This document shows, in pieces, positions 39,523 to 49,922 of a DNA stretch of 64,000 nt. This DNA is from Candidatus Bathyarchaeota archaeon (lineage in GTDB: Archaea > Thermoproteota > Bathyarchaeia > Bathyarchaeales > Bathycorpusculaceae): positions 2,528,001-2,592,000 of the forward strand of contig OY969706.1 in NCBI GenBank assembly GCA_963702095.1. Direction: 5' to 3'. A model generated the notes under the pieces. The model searched no databases, was not told where the DNA came from, and saw only the letters and a list, made by a program, of their open reading frames with translations. How positions within the stretch are numbered: position 1 is the first letter of the stretch; each line of letters starts with the position of its first letter. A program made the position numbers and the translations under genes.

Positions 39523-40618
39523 TTATTGGGAGAGTTCTTGTGCGGCTTTTTTGAGTTTATTTAGAATTGGCAGTTGGTAGGGGCATTTGGGTTCGCATTC
39601 CCCGCAACCGCTGCATTTGTCAGCTTTGACTTCTAAGCCGCCATAAAGCTTCTTACCCCATTTCTGCAAGCCGTAGACTTCGCCGAATGATTGGAAGTGG
39701 AGCACGGCGGGGATGTTGGTGTTTTGGGGGCAGGGCAGGCACTGGGCGCAGTCGCGGCAGTAGTCGCCCAATTCGAAGCTGAACCGTTTCTGCTCCTGCA
39801 GCGTTAAGCCTCTGTAGTTCTGTCCGGCTTTGGCGGCGGTTTCCACTTCGCCGATGCTCCGCAAGCCGGGGATGACAACGGAGATGTCCTGTGAGAGCAC
39901 ATACCGCAACAGACTGTTCACCTGCACCTCGGGGGATTCGCCTAGCAACGCCTTAAGTTCAGGCTCCTCAGACACCAGCGACAGCGAGGGCTGGTAGAGG
40001 CACGTTATCAAGTTGGAGGTTTTAGCGGACAGCGGCTTCATCGCAACCACCCCCACATCATGCGCCTTGGCAACTGGCAAAAGGTCTTCGAGTGCCTGCC
40101 TGGTAACCACGTTGAGGGGCACCAAGACCGTGTCGAACTCGCCGGTCGCCACCGCCTTCGCAAGAACCTGCTGGCGTATGCCCCGTGATGCCGACGAAAT
40201 CCACCAGCCCTTCACGGCGGGCTTCTTTGCAGGTTTGCAGTGACCCATCGGCGCCCATGGCTTTGGCAAGTGTTTTTTCGTCGTCGATGCCATGCAATTG
40301 GATGATGTCTAATCTGTCGGTTCTGAGGCGTTTGAGGCTGCCCTGAAAATCCTCCAGCGACTCTTTTTTGGTGCGGCTGCCGGTTTTTGTGGCTAAAACG
40401 CATTGGTCGCGGACGCCTTTTAGGGCGGTGCCAATTTTTTCTTCGCTGTCCCCGTCGAGTTTGGCGGTGTCAAAATAGTTAATGCCCAAATCATAGGCGC
40501 ACCGAACCACCTTTACCGCTTCATCGGCGGAGAGTTCGGATATCCATGTGCCGCCAAAGCCCACCTGCGAAACCCACAGGCCAGTTCTTCCAAGCCGCCG
40601 CTTATCCAAACTCTGCAC
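39523..40618 (-). CDS. aldo/keto reductase with C-terminal 2x[4Fe-4S] domain (frameshifted near 40172)
   Basis: LGRTG, GFGG, FDTA, LATK, SLKRLRTD, GITGH; then AMKPL, CRDCAQCLPCP and CSGCGECEPKCP in the second frame. Confidence 0.85.
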
Positions 40619-41452
40619 CTACTTTTTTGCTACCCAAAAACTCATTTCAGGTCTGCAAAGCAAGCGGTAAATTGGGAAAATCGGGTTTGGTGCAAAGGTG
40701 GCGGTTTGGTAGTAGTCGGTGCGGTCATAAGAGCGGAATCCTGCGGTTTTGAAGATGTGGGCGATGACTTGGTGGTTCATGGGGTGGTCTTTTTTGTGCC
40801 AGTAATCCGACAACGTGTAGTCGATCATGGGGACGTGCAGGCCTGTTAGCATGAAGTAGAGGCTGTTTATCATGGGCACCGAGTGGAAGTAGATACCTTT
40901 GACCATGGTTGCCATGCCACTGGGCTCACTTGTCCAGTAGTAGGGTGAGGCTTCGTGGTCGATGTAGATTACGCCGCCCTTTTTGAGGTAGCCAATCACC
41001 GTTTTGAGTGCGGCGGGGTAGTCGGGGAGGTGATGGAGGACGCTGTAGAAGGTGATTAAGTCAAACTGTCCCTTCTCGAAATTCAACTCTTCAATCGGGG
41101 AATTGATGACTGTTAACTGGTGGGGGATGTATGAGGCGTATTTTTCTTTAAGAATCCGACACATATCCGGCGAAATGTCAGTGGCGGTTACGGTGTAGCC
41201 CATCTGCAAAAGCTTGCCCGTCAAGTTGCCGGTGCCAGCCCCCACGTCAAACGCCTTTTTTTGGTTGTTGTCGATTCGGCTGTCGATGGCTCTGAGTTTG
41301 GCGGTTATGCGTTTCTGCTCTTTTTTACTGTAGACCTCTGGGTGGAGCGCCTCGTAGTATTTAGCTTCAGAACGATGCACGGCTACGTTGGCTTGGTGAA
41401 TTTGGTCGCTAAGAGATGCATCGTTTACCAATTGTTTTCCATCCAGGGGCAA
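40619..41452 (-). CDS. class I SAM-dependent methyltransferase
   Basis: DVGAGTG, DIS..M, FD, SVLHHLPD, LKKGG. Confidence 0.88.
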   Translation of the reverse strand: MPLDGKQLVNDASLSDQIHQANVAVHRSEAKYYEALHPEVYSKKEQKRITAKLRAIDSRIDNNQKKAFDVGAGTGNLTGKLLQMGYTVTATDISPDMCRILKEKYASYIPHQLTVINSPIEELNFEKGQFDLITFYSVLHHLPDYPAALKTVIGYLKKGGVIYIDHEASPYYWTSEPSGMATMVKGIYFHSVPMINSLYFMLTGLHVPMIDYTLSDYWHKKDHPMNHQVIAHIFKTAGFRSYDRTDYYQTATFAPNPIFPIYRLLCRPEMSFWVAKK

Positions 41453-41501
41453 ATTAAACTGGTTGTATGTTAATTCGCCAGTTAATATATAATTTGAAGA
41501 T

Positions 41502-42863
41502 TTAGCGGAGCATCATTGGAGCTTTCTTTATTGTGGTCCACAATCCATCTCGCTTAATCTTGTGCAAGATACGCTTGGGGGATTTGTTGAAGCTCATGTG
41601 GAACTGGCGCTGTATCTTTAGCAGTGAGTCGTAGTCGAAGTCGGCGGTTTTCACGTATGCGGCGTAGTCTTCGATTTTGCTGTAGAGGTGGTTCTGCATG
41701 ATTTCGTCGTAGAGTGGGCTGCCGGGGACTGCGATGTAGATGTTCCAGCGGCAGAAGTCAGGGTCGAGCTTGCGGGCCAATTTGAAGGAGGCATTCATGT
41801 CCTCCACGGTTTCGCCGGGGATACCTAAGAGGAAGGAGCAGGCTGTCATGACGCCTTCGTCGCGGCACATCTGGAATGCCTTCTCAGTCTGCTCAACTGT
41901 GACGCCCTTATTGATTTTTTCGAGTATGCGGGGTGAACCTGATTCGACGCCGAACCAAATTGTTCTACATCCGGCGGACTTCATTTCTTGGATAAGTTCT
42001 CTTGATAGGAGGTCGGCGCGGGTATCGCAGACCCACTGCAGACCCAGCTTGTTTTCACGCATCAACCGACAAAGCTCCAAGGTTTCTTTCTTTTTGATGG
42101 TAAAGTTGTCGTTGATGAAGTAGACGCCTTTGGTGCCAAAGTTATTCATGAGATACTTGATTTCGTCGACCACTCGCTGGGGGCTAAAGGTGCGGCAGGT
42201 TCTGCCCATTAACCCTGTGGTTTCGCAGAAGGCGCAGCTAAACGGGCAGCCGCGGGCGATGCTCATGTTGTCAACGGGTTTAACGTCTGGGAGATACTCC
42301 ATTTCGCGAACGTATTGGTCCATGGGCAGCAGGTGCCAAGCGGGAAAGGGAATTTCATCCATGTTGCTGATGAATTGGCGCTGGTTTTTGACGATTCCGC
42401 CGTCACTTCTGTAGGCAAGCCCAGCAATCTTGGCTGGTTCACAGGCTTTGTCGCCTTTGATGAGGTACTTGGCGAGTTGCACCATCGCGCGTTCGCCTTC
42501 CCCCATGACTACGTAGTCGACTTCGGGGTTAGTGAGCAAGGTTTCAGGTTCATATGAGGCATGCCAGCCGCCGATCACCACTTTGCAGGATGGCACTGCG
42601 TCTTTTACAGCCCGAGCGGTTTCTATGACACGGCTGTAAGTGACTGAGCTGCAGGTTATACCGAGGATTTGTGGTTGGAGTTTTGCTGCGGTGGATTTGA
42701 TTTCTTCTAGGGGTTTCTCCTGCAGGTAGTTGTCTATCATCTGCACTTCAAAACCGCTTTTCTCCACTGCAGCGGCAACGTATGCTAACCCCATGGGGAT
42801 GAATCTTCTTCCATGTATCCAAGGTCCCTGTGTTGGGGGTGATGGCGTCATTAGCAAAATCAA
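41502..42863 (-). CDS. cobalamin-binding radical SAM protein (class B type) #1
   Basis: PMGLAYVAA B12-binding domain, GGWHAS, GEGE, RGCPFSCAFC, GVESGS, G.PGET. Confidence 0.92.
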   Translation of the reverse strand: MILLMTPSPPTQGPWIHGRRFIPMGLAYVAAAVEKSGFEVQMIDNYLQEKPLEEIKSTAAKLQPQILGITCSSVTYSRVIETARAVKDAVPSCKVVIGGWHASYEPETLLTNPEVDYVVMGEGERAMVQLAKYLIKGDKACEPAKIAGLAYRSDGGIVKNQRQFISNMDEIPFPAWHLLPMDQYVREMEYLPDVKPVDNMSIARGCPFSCAFCETTGLMGRTCRTFSPQRVVDEIKYLMNNFGTKGVYFINDNFTIKKKETLELCRLMRENKLGLQWVCDTRADLLSRELIQEMKSAGCRTIWFGVESGSPRILEKINKGVTVEQTEKAFQMCRDEGVMTACSFLLGIPGETVEDMNASFKLARKLDPDFCRWNIYIAVPGSPLYDEIMQNHLYSKIEDYAAYVKTADFDYDSLLKIQRQFHMSFNKSPKRILHKIKRDGLWTTIKKAPMMLR

Positions 42864-43069
42864 GTGGTATACATCCTAGGTGTGCGAGTGGAATAGGTAC
42901 ATTGGAAGTTTGTAAAAAAGTTTACTTAAAAAAGCCATTCCCAAACGAAGAAGACGATTAGTGCTGTTTCATCACCTTCAACGTTATCTGGAATTTTTGA
43001 TTGTATCTAGGAAATGTTTTAAGCAGCCCAATGTTGTATTTTGCAACAAAAAGGGCACCAGTGAATCCA

Positions 43070-44455
43070 ATGAAGCCGCATGTAACACTTATCAATCCAC
43101 CCACCCCGCTTGGGTCAATGGGGCATTTACCGTTTGCAGTCTTAGGTTTAGGCTACCTAGCAGCTGTCCTAGAAAAAAACAATTTCCAAGTTGACGTTAT
43201 CGACTGCCAAGCATCTAAACTAACCTTGGAGCAGACTAAAGAGGAAATAGCCAAACGCCAACCCGACATAGTGGGCTTAAGTGCGAGTACCCTCTCTTAC
43301 AAGTCAGGCTTAAAGATTGTCCAGTTAGCCAAAGAAGTCAACCCCAACACTTTAACAGTGATGGGTGGACCCCACATTACCTTCTGGGACCACCAAGCGC
43401 TTGAAGAATGCCCCCAACTCGACATCGTTGTACGCAGAGAAGGCGAATACACGATGTTAGAGGTCGCCCAGAGGTTTGAGGCTAAACGGGGTTTTGAAGG
43501 CGTCTTAGGCATAACCTACCGCAGCGGCGGCAAAATCGTCAAAAACGACGATCGCCCCTACATCGAAAACCTCGATGAGTTACCCTTTCCTGCAAGACAC
43601 CTCTGGCCGATGGATCAACTCCGCAAAAAAGAGAACATCATATACTTAATCGCCAGCAGAGGCTGCGTGTTCTGGTGCAACTTCTGCGCCACCGTCCGCA
43701 TGCATGGCAGAAAGTTCAGGTTTAGAAGTCCCGAAAACGTCGTGGATGAACTTGAGTTTCTACACAAAACCTACGGAGTGGAAACCTTCACGTTCTGTGA
43801 CGACGCCTTCACCATTGACCAAACCCGTGTTGAGAAAATCTGCAAACTAATTTTTGAACGCAAACTACAGGTTAAATGGAACTGCGGCACCCGCGTTGAC
43901 ATGCTCACAAAAGAGCTTCTAATCAAAATGAAGGAGGCAGGCTGCATTTCGGTGTGGTTCGGAGTTGAATCTGGAACGCAGGAAGTTCTCGACGAAATGA
44001 ACAAGGGCATCACCACCGAGCAAACCGTCAAGTCGCTGGGTTGGGTTCAAGAAGTCGGGTTAAGGCCGGTTCCAAACGTCATTTTAGGTTTCCCCAGCGA
44101 AACAAAGAAGACGGCTTGGAGGACCATTCATTATGCTGAGAAACTCAGCCCCAAAGACGTGCCCTTCTACAACATTGCAACCCCGTTCCCCGGTACCCCC
44201 ATGTACGATCAAATATTAGAGAAGGGCTGGCTAAAAGTCACTGACTTCGACAGGTACGACACTGCCACGCCCATCTTTGAAACGCCCATGTTGAAAATGA
44301 AAGTGCTCAAAGAAATCCGGCAGCAAGCGTTCAACCATTTTTATCTGCGACGAGCCTACTACCTTGACAAGTCACGGCGGTTCAAAGTTTCCACGGCTTT
44401 GACGGTTGGAATCAACTTTGCAGGGTTCATTAAATCGAAGCTAAGAGCCCTCTAA
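43070..44455 (+). CDS. cobalamin-binding radical SAM protein #2
   Basis: LINPP, LGLGYLAA, GGPH, RGCVFWCNFC, DDAF, GVESG, TPFPGT; ATG at 43070 preferred over 43001. Confidence 0.92.
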   Translation: MKPHVTLINPPTPLGSMGHLPFAVLGLGYLAAVLEKNNFQVDVIDCQASKLTLEQTKEEIAKRQPDIVGLSASTLSYKSGLKIVQLAKEVNPNTLTVMGGPHITFWDHQALEECPQLDIVVRREGEYTMLEVAQRFEAKRGFEGVLGITYRSGGKIVKNDDRPYIENLDELPFPARHLWPMDQLRKKENIIYLIASRGCVFWCNFCATVRMHGRKFRFRSPENVVDELEFLHKTYGVETFTFCDDAFTIDQTRVEKICKLIFERKLQVKWNCGTRVDMLTKELLIKMKEAGCISVWFGVESGTQEVLDEMNKGITTEQTVKSLGWVQEVGLRPVPNVILGFPSETKKTAWRTIHYAEKLSPKDVPFYNIATPFPGTPMYDQILEKGWLKVTDFDRYDTATPIFETPMLKMKVLKEIRQQAFNHFYLRRAYYLDKSRRFKVSTALTVGINFAGFIKSKLRAL

Positions 44456-44535
44456 CACCCTCTTTCATGTTTTTCCGCTTTTTTAGTTGCTTTTTCTGGT
44501 CAACGATGCGATGGTTTGTGAGCTGCTAAAAATAT

Positions 44536-44548
44536 GCAAAATATATAT
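44536..44548 (+). promoter_or_regulatory. putative BRE/TATA box
   Basis: gcaaaatatatat about 50 bp upstream of the 44598 start. Confidence 0.4.
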
Positions 44549-44597
44549 GGTTCAGTTAGTATTAGAGCTACCTAACAATGCACACTAGGGAAGAGAA

Positions 44598-46004
44598 ATG
44601 ACCATCCACATCACGTTGGTAAATCCCCCATACCCCGTCGGGTCACATTTACACCCGCCGTTTCTGCCTTTGGGTCTTGGCTATTTAGCTGCAGTTCTAG
44701 AGAAAAACAACTACAAAGTCGACATAATCGATTGCCAAGCCCTAAAAATAGGATACGACGAAGCAAAAGAGGAACTCAGAGCACGGCAGCCAGACATAGT
44801 AGGAATAACCTCAACCACATTAACATACAAATCCGCGCTCATAATTGTCAAGGCCGCTAAGGAAGTCAACCCAAACATCTTAACGCTCATCGGCGGACCC
44901 CACGTTACCTTCTGGGATACACAAGCCCTAGAAGAATGCCCAGAAATCGACGTCGTCATAAGGCGTGAAGGCGAACAGACAATCCTGGAATTAGTGCAAA
45001 AAGCAGAGGCGAAACAAAGCTTTAAAGACATCTTGGGCATCACCTACCGTGAAAACGGCAAAATAGTAAAAACTGAAGACCGCCCATGGCAGGAAAACCT
45101 CGACGAATTGCCCTTCCCAGCCATTCACCTCTGGCCCATCGAGAAAATGCGCAGTTTCGGCGAAGTCATCTTCCCATTAACCACTAGCAGAGGATGCGTG
45201 TTTTGGTGTAACTTCTGCACTGCTGTTCGAATGATGGGCAGAAAATACCGCATGAGAAGCGTCAAAAACGTGGTTGACGAACTCGAATACTTGCATAAGA
45301 ACTTCGGCGCAGAGCACTTCACATTCTACGACGACGCATTCACAGTTGACCAGGCAAGAACAGAAAAGATGTGCCAAGAAATTCTGGACCGCGGCTTAAA
45401 GATTCGTTGGAACTGTGAAACTCGCGTGGACATGGTTACCAAAGAATTGCTTGCCAAAATGAAGGCGGCAGGCTGCACTGATGTCTGGTTCGGCGTAGAA
45501 TCTGGTTCAAACAAAGTCTTAAACTCCATGGACAAAGGAATCAGCATCGAACTTACGCAGAAGGTCTTCAAATGGGCTCATGAAGTCAAACTGATGACCG
45601 TCGCCAACGTAATCTTAGGCTTCCCAACGGAGACAAAAGAAAGCATCTGGGAAACTGTAAGATTCATCGAAAAGTTAGACCCTGACGACGTCGGCTACTA
45701 CATCGCCACACCCTATCCGGGAACACCCATGTACGAACAGGTGCGAGACAGCGGTGCCCTCCAAGTGTTCGACTTCGACAAATACGACACCGCCACACCA
45801 ACCTTCAAACTCGACAACTTAACCATGGAGGAACTGCGGGACACACGTGAACAAGCCTTCCACAGCTTCTACCTGCGACCACGCTTCATGGTCCGTGTGC
45901 TCATCAAAGGTGGAGTCTACGGGCGTGCCTCATCGATGCTAGTGTTAGCTCACCTGCGCAGAGCAACCCGTCAAAAACTCTCGTTTGGCAAAAAATCAGC
46001 TTAG
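44598..46004 (+). CDS. cobalamin-binding radical SAM protein #3 (tandem paralogue of #2)
   Basis: LVNPP, LGLGYLAAVLEKNN, GGPHVTFWD, RGCVFWCNFC, GVESGS, TPYPGT. Confidence 0.93.
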   Translation: MTIHITLVNPPYPVGSHLHPPFLPLGLGYLAAVLEKNNYKVDIIDCQALKIGYDEAKEELRARQPDIVGITSTTLTYKSALIIVKAAKEVNPNILTLIGGPHVTFWDTQALEECPEIDVVIRREGEQTILELVQKAEAKQSFKDILGITYRENGKIVKTEDRPWQENLDELPFPAIHLWPIEKMRSFGEVIFPLTTSRGCVFWCNFCTAVRMMGRKYRMRSVKNVVDELEYLHKNFGAEHFTFYDDAFTVDQARTEKMCQEILDRGLKIRWNCETRVDMVTKELLAKMKAAGCTDVWFGVESGSNKVLNSMDKGISIELTQKVFKWAHEVKLMTVANVILGFPTETKESIWETVRFIEKLDPDDVGYYIATPYPGTPMYEQVRDSGALQVFDFDKYDTATPTFKLDNLTMEELRDTREQAFHSFYLRPRFMVRVLIKGGVYGRASSMLVLAHLRRATRQKLSFGKKSA

Positions 46005-46007
46005 CCC

Positions 46008-46014
46008 TTTTTTT
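46008..46014 (+). terminator. putative oligo-T terminator
   Basis: T7 run 3 nt after the stop codon. Confidence 0.4.
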
Positions 46015-46103
46015 CGGCTAGCTTAACACGATTTTTGTTTTCTTCTTGCCTCTAAAAGTGAGGCTTTATATCAGATTTTAGCACCTTCTACGCTGGGGAT
46101 ACA

Positions 46104-46940
46104 ATGAAAGTCGCCGCTATGTGGAGCGGGGGAAAAGACAGTTCGCTCGCCACCTACGATGCCACCCTGCAGGGGCACACAATCACCGACATCGTCAGTT
46201 ACAGCTACAAAGGAGCGGCGCAAGCCAACCCCAACATGCCTGTGAGCCCATTGAGCCGCATTTTTAGCACTGTCGGACGTGCGGCGCCAAGCATCTTCGC
46301 TAACCTTGCAAGCGTCATCTACGGCAAAGACCTAAGCACCATGATACCCCACGAAGTCGCCCCCGAAATCATCCAGAAACAGGCAGAGGCATTTGATGTG
46401 CCCTTGGTTCAGGGGGAGGTCAGATGGGACACAATTGATATGTTCCTAAAAATCAGCATCCGCAGGCTTAAAACTAAAGGGGTGGAAGGTTTGGTTTTTG
46501 GAGTTGCTCCCCCAACATTCCCGTTGGATACAAGCGAGAAGCTCCGGGAATACCAGACTTTGGTGGCGCATAAGGAATGGATGAACCGCATCTGCCACGA
46601 ATTAGACGTGAAACCGATGACGCCGCTTTGGGAGAGCACCCCCGACCAGATATTAAGGGACCTCATCGCCAAAGGCTTCGAATCAATAATTATAGTTGTG
46701 GACTCGAAGTATTTCGGTGAGGAATGGTTGGGACGCAAAATCGACAAAGACTTCCTCGACGCCGCCTACAAGCTGCAAAAGGAGAAAAGCGTGCATATCG
46801 GAGGCAGCGGCTACCACACGCTGGTTTTGGATGCGCCGATGTTTAAGAAACGCCTAAAAATCCTCAAGAGCCGCAAGGTTTGGAAGCGTGGCTACGGCGT
46901 GCTCGAAATTGAAAGGCTTGAACTGGTGGAGAAACAGTAA
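46104..46940 (+). CDS. divergent Dph6-family PP-loop ATPase
   Basis: MWSGGKDS, PLW, WLGR, YHTLV.DAP.F; about 35-aa insertion and loss of GEGGE. Confidence 0.75.
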   Translation: MKVAAMWSGGKDSSLATYDATLQGHTITDIVSYSYKGAAQANPNMPVSPLSRIFSTVGRAAPSIFANLASVIYGKDLSTMIPHEVAPEIIQKQAEAFDVPLVQGEVRWDTIDMFLKISIRRLKTKGVEGLVFGVAPPTFPLDTSEKLREYQTLVAHKEWMNRICHELDVKPMTPLWESTPDQILRDLIAKGFESIIIVVDSKYFGEEWLGRKIDKDFLDAAYKLQKEKSVHIGGSGYHTLVLDAPMFKKRLKILKSRKVWKRGYGVLEIERLELVEKQ

Positions 46941-46984
46941 AAGCAGCAAATCCAATTTTGCTCGCTCTTTTACGCGATTTTTTG

Positions 46985-46997
46985 GAAACTATATAAA
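46985..46997 (+). promoter_or_regulatory. putative BRE/TATA box
   Basis: gaaactatataaa about 45 bp upstream of the 47040 start. Confidence 0.45.
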
Positions 46998-47039
46998 CTG
47001 TTTCTCAGTATATTTGTCGAAATTGACTCGGGGCTCTGT

Positions 47040-48488
47040 ATGTCGAGGGTGGATAAGAAAAACGTGAAGGTAGCATTAGTTAACCCACCGATCACGGAGG
47101 GCACTTTCCGCCACCAACTCTACCTTCCGATGGGACTCGCCTATTTAGCGGCGGTTTTGGAGCAAAACGGTGTCGAAGCCAAAATCATCGATTGCCAAGC
47201 CCTCTACATAGATCACCAGCACCTGAAGTCGGAGTTAAGCCGTTTCCAACCCGACATTGTCGGCGTAACTTCGATTGCGCCATTGATGAGCTCCGCCTTG
47301 CAATCAGCCAAGGCAGCGAAAGAAGCTTTGCCCGGCGTCGAAGTCGTCATGGGCGGACCCCACGCCACCTTTATGGACGAGCAAATCATCACCGAACAAC
47401 CCTCTGTGGATTTGATTGTGCGGGGCGAAGGCGAGCAGACCCTGCTTGAAATCGCCCAGTCCTTAGGCGACCGCTCTAAACTCCACACAATAAAAGGCAT
47501 CACCTTCAAAGAAAACGGCAAAGTCCAGCGCACCCCAAACCGCCCCTTCATCGCAGACTTAGACTCACTGCCGCGGCCAGCCTACCACCTCTTTGACCTC
47601 GACAAGTACCGCCTCTTCGGCAAACGGTTGCTGCCAGTCATCACCAGCCGAGGCTGCCCCTTCCAATGCAACTTCTGCGTCGCCACACGCATGTTCGGAG
47701 CCCAGTACCGCATGAGAAGCGCCGAAAACGTCCTCGACGAGTTAGAATGGCTCAAAAACACGCATGGCGCAGAAGCCTTCACCTTCTATGATGACACATT
47801 AACGTTTAACAAGGAACGTCTCTTCAAAATCCTCGATGGCATGAAGAGCCGAGGCATTAATTTGCCCTGGGACTGCCAAACCCGAGTCGATCAGGTTACG
47901 CCTGAGGTTTTGGCGCGGATGCATGCGGCAGGCTGCGAGCAAGTCTTTTTCGGCGTCGAATCAGGCTGCCAAAAAATCCTCAACGCTATAAGCAAAAAAA
48001 CCCGCGTTGAACAAAACGAGAAAGCCATCAAAATGGCCAAAGACGCAGGCCTCTTCGTCACCATCTCACTCATCATCGGCTATCCAGGCGAAACTCAGGA
48101 CACGCTGCGAGAGACGTTGACGTTTGTGAAGAAAACCAAACCCGACGACGTCTATGTCTGCGTAGCCACACCCTTCCCCGGCACCGAACTCCGAGCCGCC
48201 GTGGAGCGCAACGGCTGGAAAATCTCCGACAACTTCGACTGCTTCGACACCATGACACCAGTCTTCGAAAACCCAGAGTTATCGCTTACACTCGAAGAAA
48301 TCAAAACCTTCCGAGAGCAATTCTACGACAGCATCTACTCCCCAAGCTACGTGGTACAGCACCTACTAAGGCGCAACACGTACAGCCGCATGATGGCAAG
48401 AACAGCAGCAAACCACATACTATGGCGATTAAAGTCTGCGAGAAAACCCAAAAAAGCTGCCTCAGCAGAAGCTTCACCCACTGCCTAA
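47040..48488 (+). CDS. cobalamin-binding radical SAM protein #4
   Basis: LVNPP, PMGLAYLAA, GGPHAT, RGEGE, RGCPFQCNFC, GVESG, TPFPGT. Confidence 0.93.
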   Translation: MSRVDKKNVKVALVNPPITEGTFRHQLYLPMGLAYLAAVLEQNGVEAKIIDCQALYIDHQHLKSELSRFQPDIVGVTSIAPLMSSALQSAKAAKEALPGVEVVMGGPHATFMDEQIITEQPSVDLIVRGEGEQTLLEIAQSLGDRSKLHTIKGITFKENGKVQRTPNRPFIADLDSLPRPAYHLFDLDKYRLFGKRLLPVITSRGCPFQCNFCVATRMFGAQYRMRSAENVLDELEWLKNTHGAEAFTFYDDTLTFNKERLFKILDGMKSRGINLPWDCQTRVDQVTPEVLARMHAAGCEQVFFGVESGCQKILNAISKKTRVEQNEKAIKMAKDAGLFVTISLIIGYPGETQDTLRETLTFVKKTKPDDVYVCVATPFPGTELRAAVERNGWKISDNFDCFDTMTPVFENPELSLTLEEIKTFREQFYDSIYSPSYVVQHLLRRNTYSRMMARTAANHILWRLKSARKPKKAASAEASPTA

Positions 48489-48499
48489 AGTTTTACTGT

Positions 48500-49633
48500 T
48501 TATTGGCTAGGTTTTCGGCAGCTAATTATGACTGCGAAAAGTAATGCAACCGCAAGCAATGGCAAGATTGTCAGTCCTGAGAACTCAGGAACAGAAACGG
48601 GTGCTTGTGGAGTGTTTATATCAACTGGTTCCGTCAGTGGGTAGTGATCTATGTTATAGTTTGGTATAGCATGAGCACGGTCAATGTTATCAATAGCTAC
48701 TCCGTAAGGAGTATCTGCAACCCCATTTTCGCCGCTTGACGCTTTGGGATATTTTGTTTGGTAATCACTCCAATAATTACCAAACCTGCCATTATCCCAA
48801 GAATTGGCAGCGGTTCCCAAAACTAAACCGTTCTGTGAATTGCCAATTAGATTGTTAAGGTAAAAGCTGTTGTGTTTAGCGTCAATCATCACCCGAATGC
48901 CAACGCCTGGCCAGACGCGGTTACCTGTATTGTTTCCTATGTTATTCCAATAAACGGTATTATCGTGTGAGTTTGAAATAACGATGCCATACTCATTTGA
49001 ATCTATACTGTTGTTATAAATACGGTTGTAGTTACTTGAATCTAAAACGATTCCTGTACCTTCAATCCCTGAATTATTGGTTATGGTGTTGTAGTAGATG
49101 TTGTTGTTGCTTGATCTCTCAGATTTAATGCCAACACCGCTGCTCATTATAGTATTTCCGTTAATGTTTATGTCTGAAGTGTTGTCAAGGTAGATGGCAT
49201 AGCCTTCAAAGCCAATGCCTTTGAAGCCCATATAATCGTAAGGAATATCGTGAAAATTTCTAATATTCGTGTTAGTGATGGTAACGTTGTTGATCTGGTG
49301 TAAGTTGAATCCAGTTGACCCAGTCCAGTTCCAGTCAAATGGATTCGCCAAAGTTGACGTTTCTAAATTAACGCTAAACCCGTTTCCATCGATCACTATA
49401 TTGCTGCACTCTACTATTATAGAGCCATAAATGTCTCTCGTTAAGAAATAGGTGCTCCCAACTTTTTGTATGGGAACGGAACCGCTGTTGGGGTTTATTG
49501 TACCGTTGGCGTTGATAACAATAGTTCCTTGGATAGTTTGTCCTTTTACTGAAGCGTTTGGTGTAAAGATTAGTGTTAGGCAAAAGAGAGCCGCTATAAG
49601 AATAAAAGTAAAAGTCTTAGCGCCTTTTCTCAT
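48500..49633 (-). CDS. NosD-like beta-helix surface protein with PEF-CTERM-type tail
   Basis: Signal peptide, INANG, Asn-rich repeats, GNYWSDY, DHYPL, VPEF+TM+basic tail; visibly AT-rich. Confidence 0.85.
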   Translation of the reverse strand: MRKGAKTFTFILIAALFCLTLIFTPNASVKGQTIQGTIVINANGTINPNSGSVPIQKVGSTYFLTRDIYGSIIVECSNIVIDGNGFSVNLETSTLANPFDWNWTGSTGFNLHQINNVTITNTNIRNFHDIPYDYMGFKGIGFEGYAIYLDNTSDININGNTIMSSGVGIKSERSSNNNIYYNTITNNSGIEGTGIVLDSSNYNRIYNNSIDSNEYGIVISNSHDNTVYWNNIGNNTGNRVWPGVGIRVMIDAKHNSFYLNNLIGNSQNGLVLGTAANSWDNGRFGNYWSDYQTKYPKASSGENGVADTPYGVAIDNIDRAHAIPNYNIDHYPLTEPVDINTPQAPVSVPEFSGLTILPLLAVALLFAVIISCRKPSQ

Positions 49634-49641
49634 AATTAGTT

Positions 49642-49866
49642 TTAGCGACCGTTTGTGATAAAAGGTTTCCGAAAAAGAGCTTTTGACTGGTTAACACTTA
49701 ATACTATTCTCCTCTTGCTACGAATAAGCACTATCGTCATCAAGGGTATAACTACAAACAAAAGTAAAATCACAGCATTAATGGAAAACTCTGAAACAGT
49801 GGTCGAAGGAGCCACTGAAACTTGAGGTTTCAGGATGTTTACTGTTATTGAAAAACAGGGTTTGAT
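49642..49866 (-). pseudogene. orphan C-terminal fragment of a PEF-CTERM-type surface protein
   Basis: Startless frame reads ...ITVNILKPQVSVAPSTTVSEFSINAVILLLFVVIPLMTIVLIRSKRR...; in-frame stop immediately upstream. Confidence 0.55.
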
Positions 49867-49922
49867 AAGTTAGTATTATTGGAAACCCTCACTAGCGCTG
49901 ATGCATAGCATTGTATAACGGT

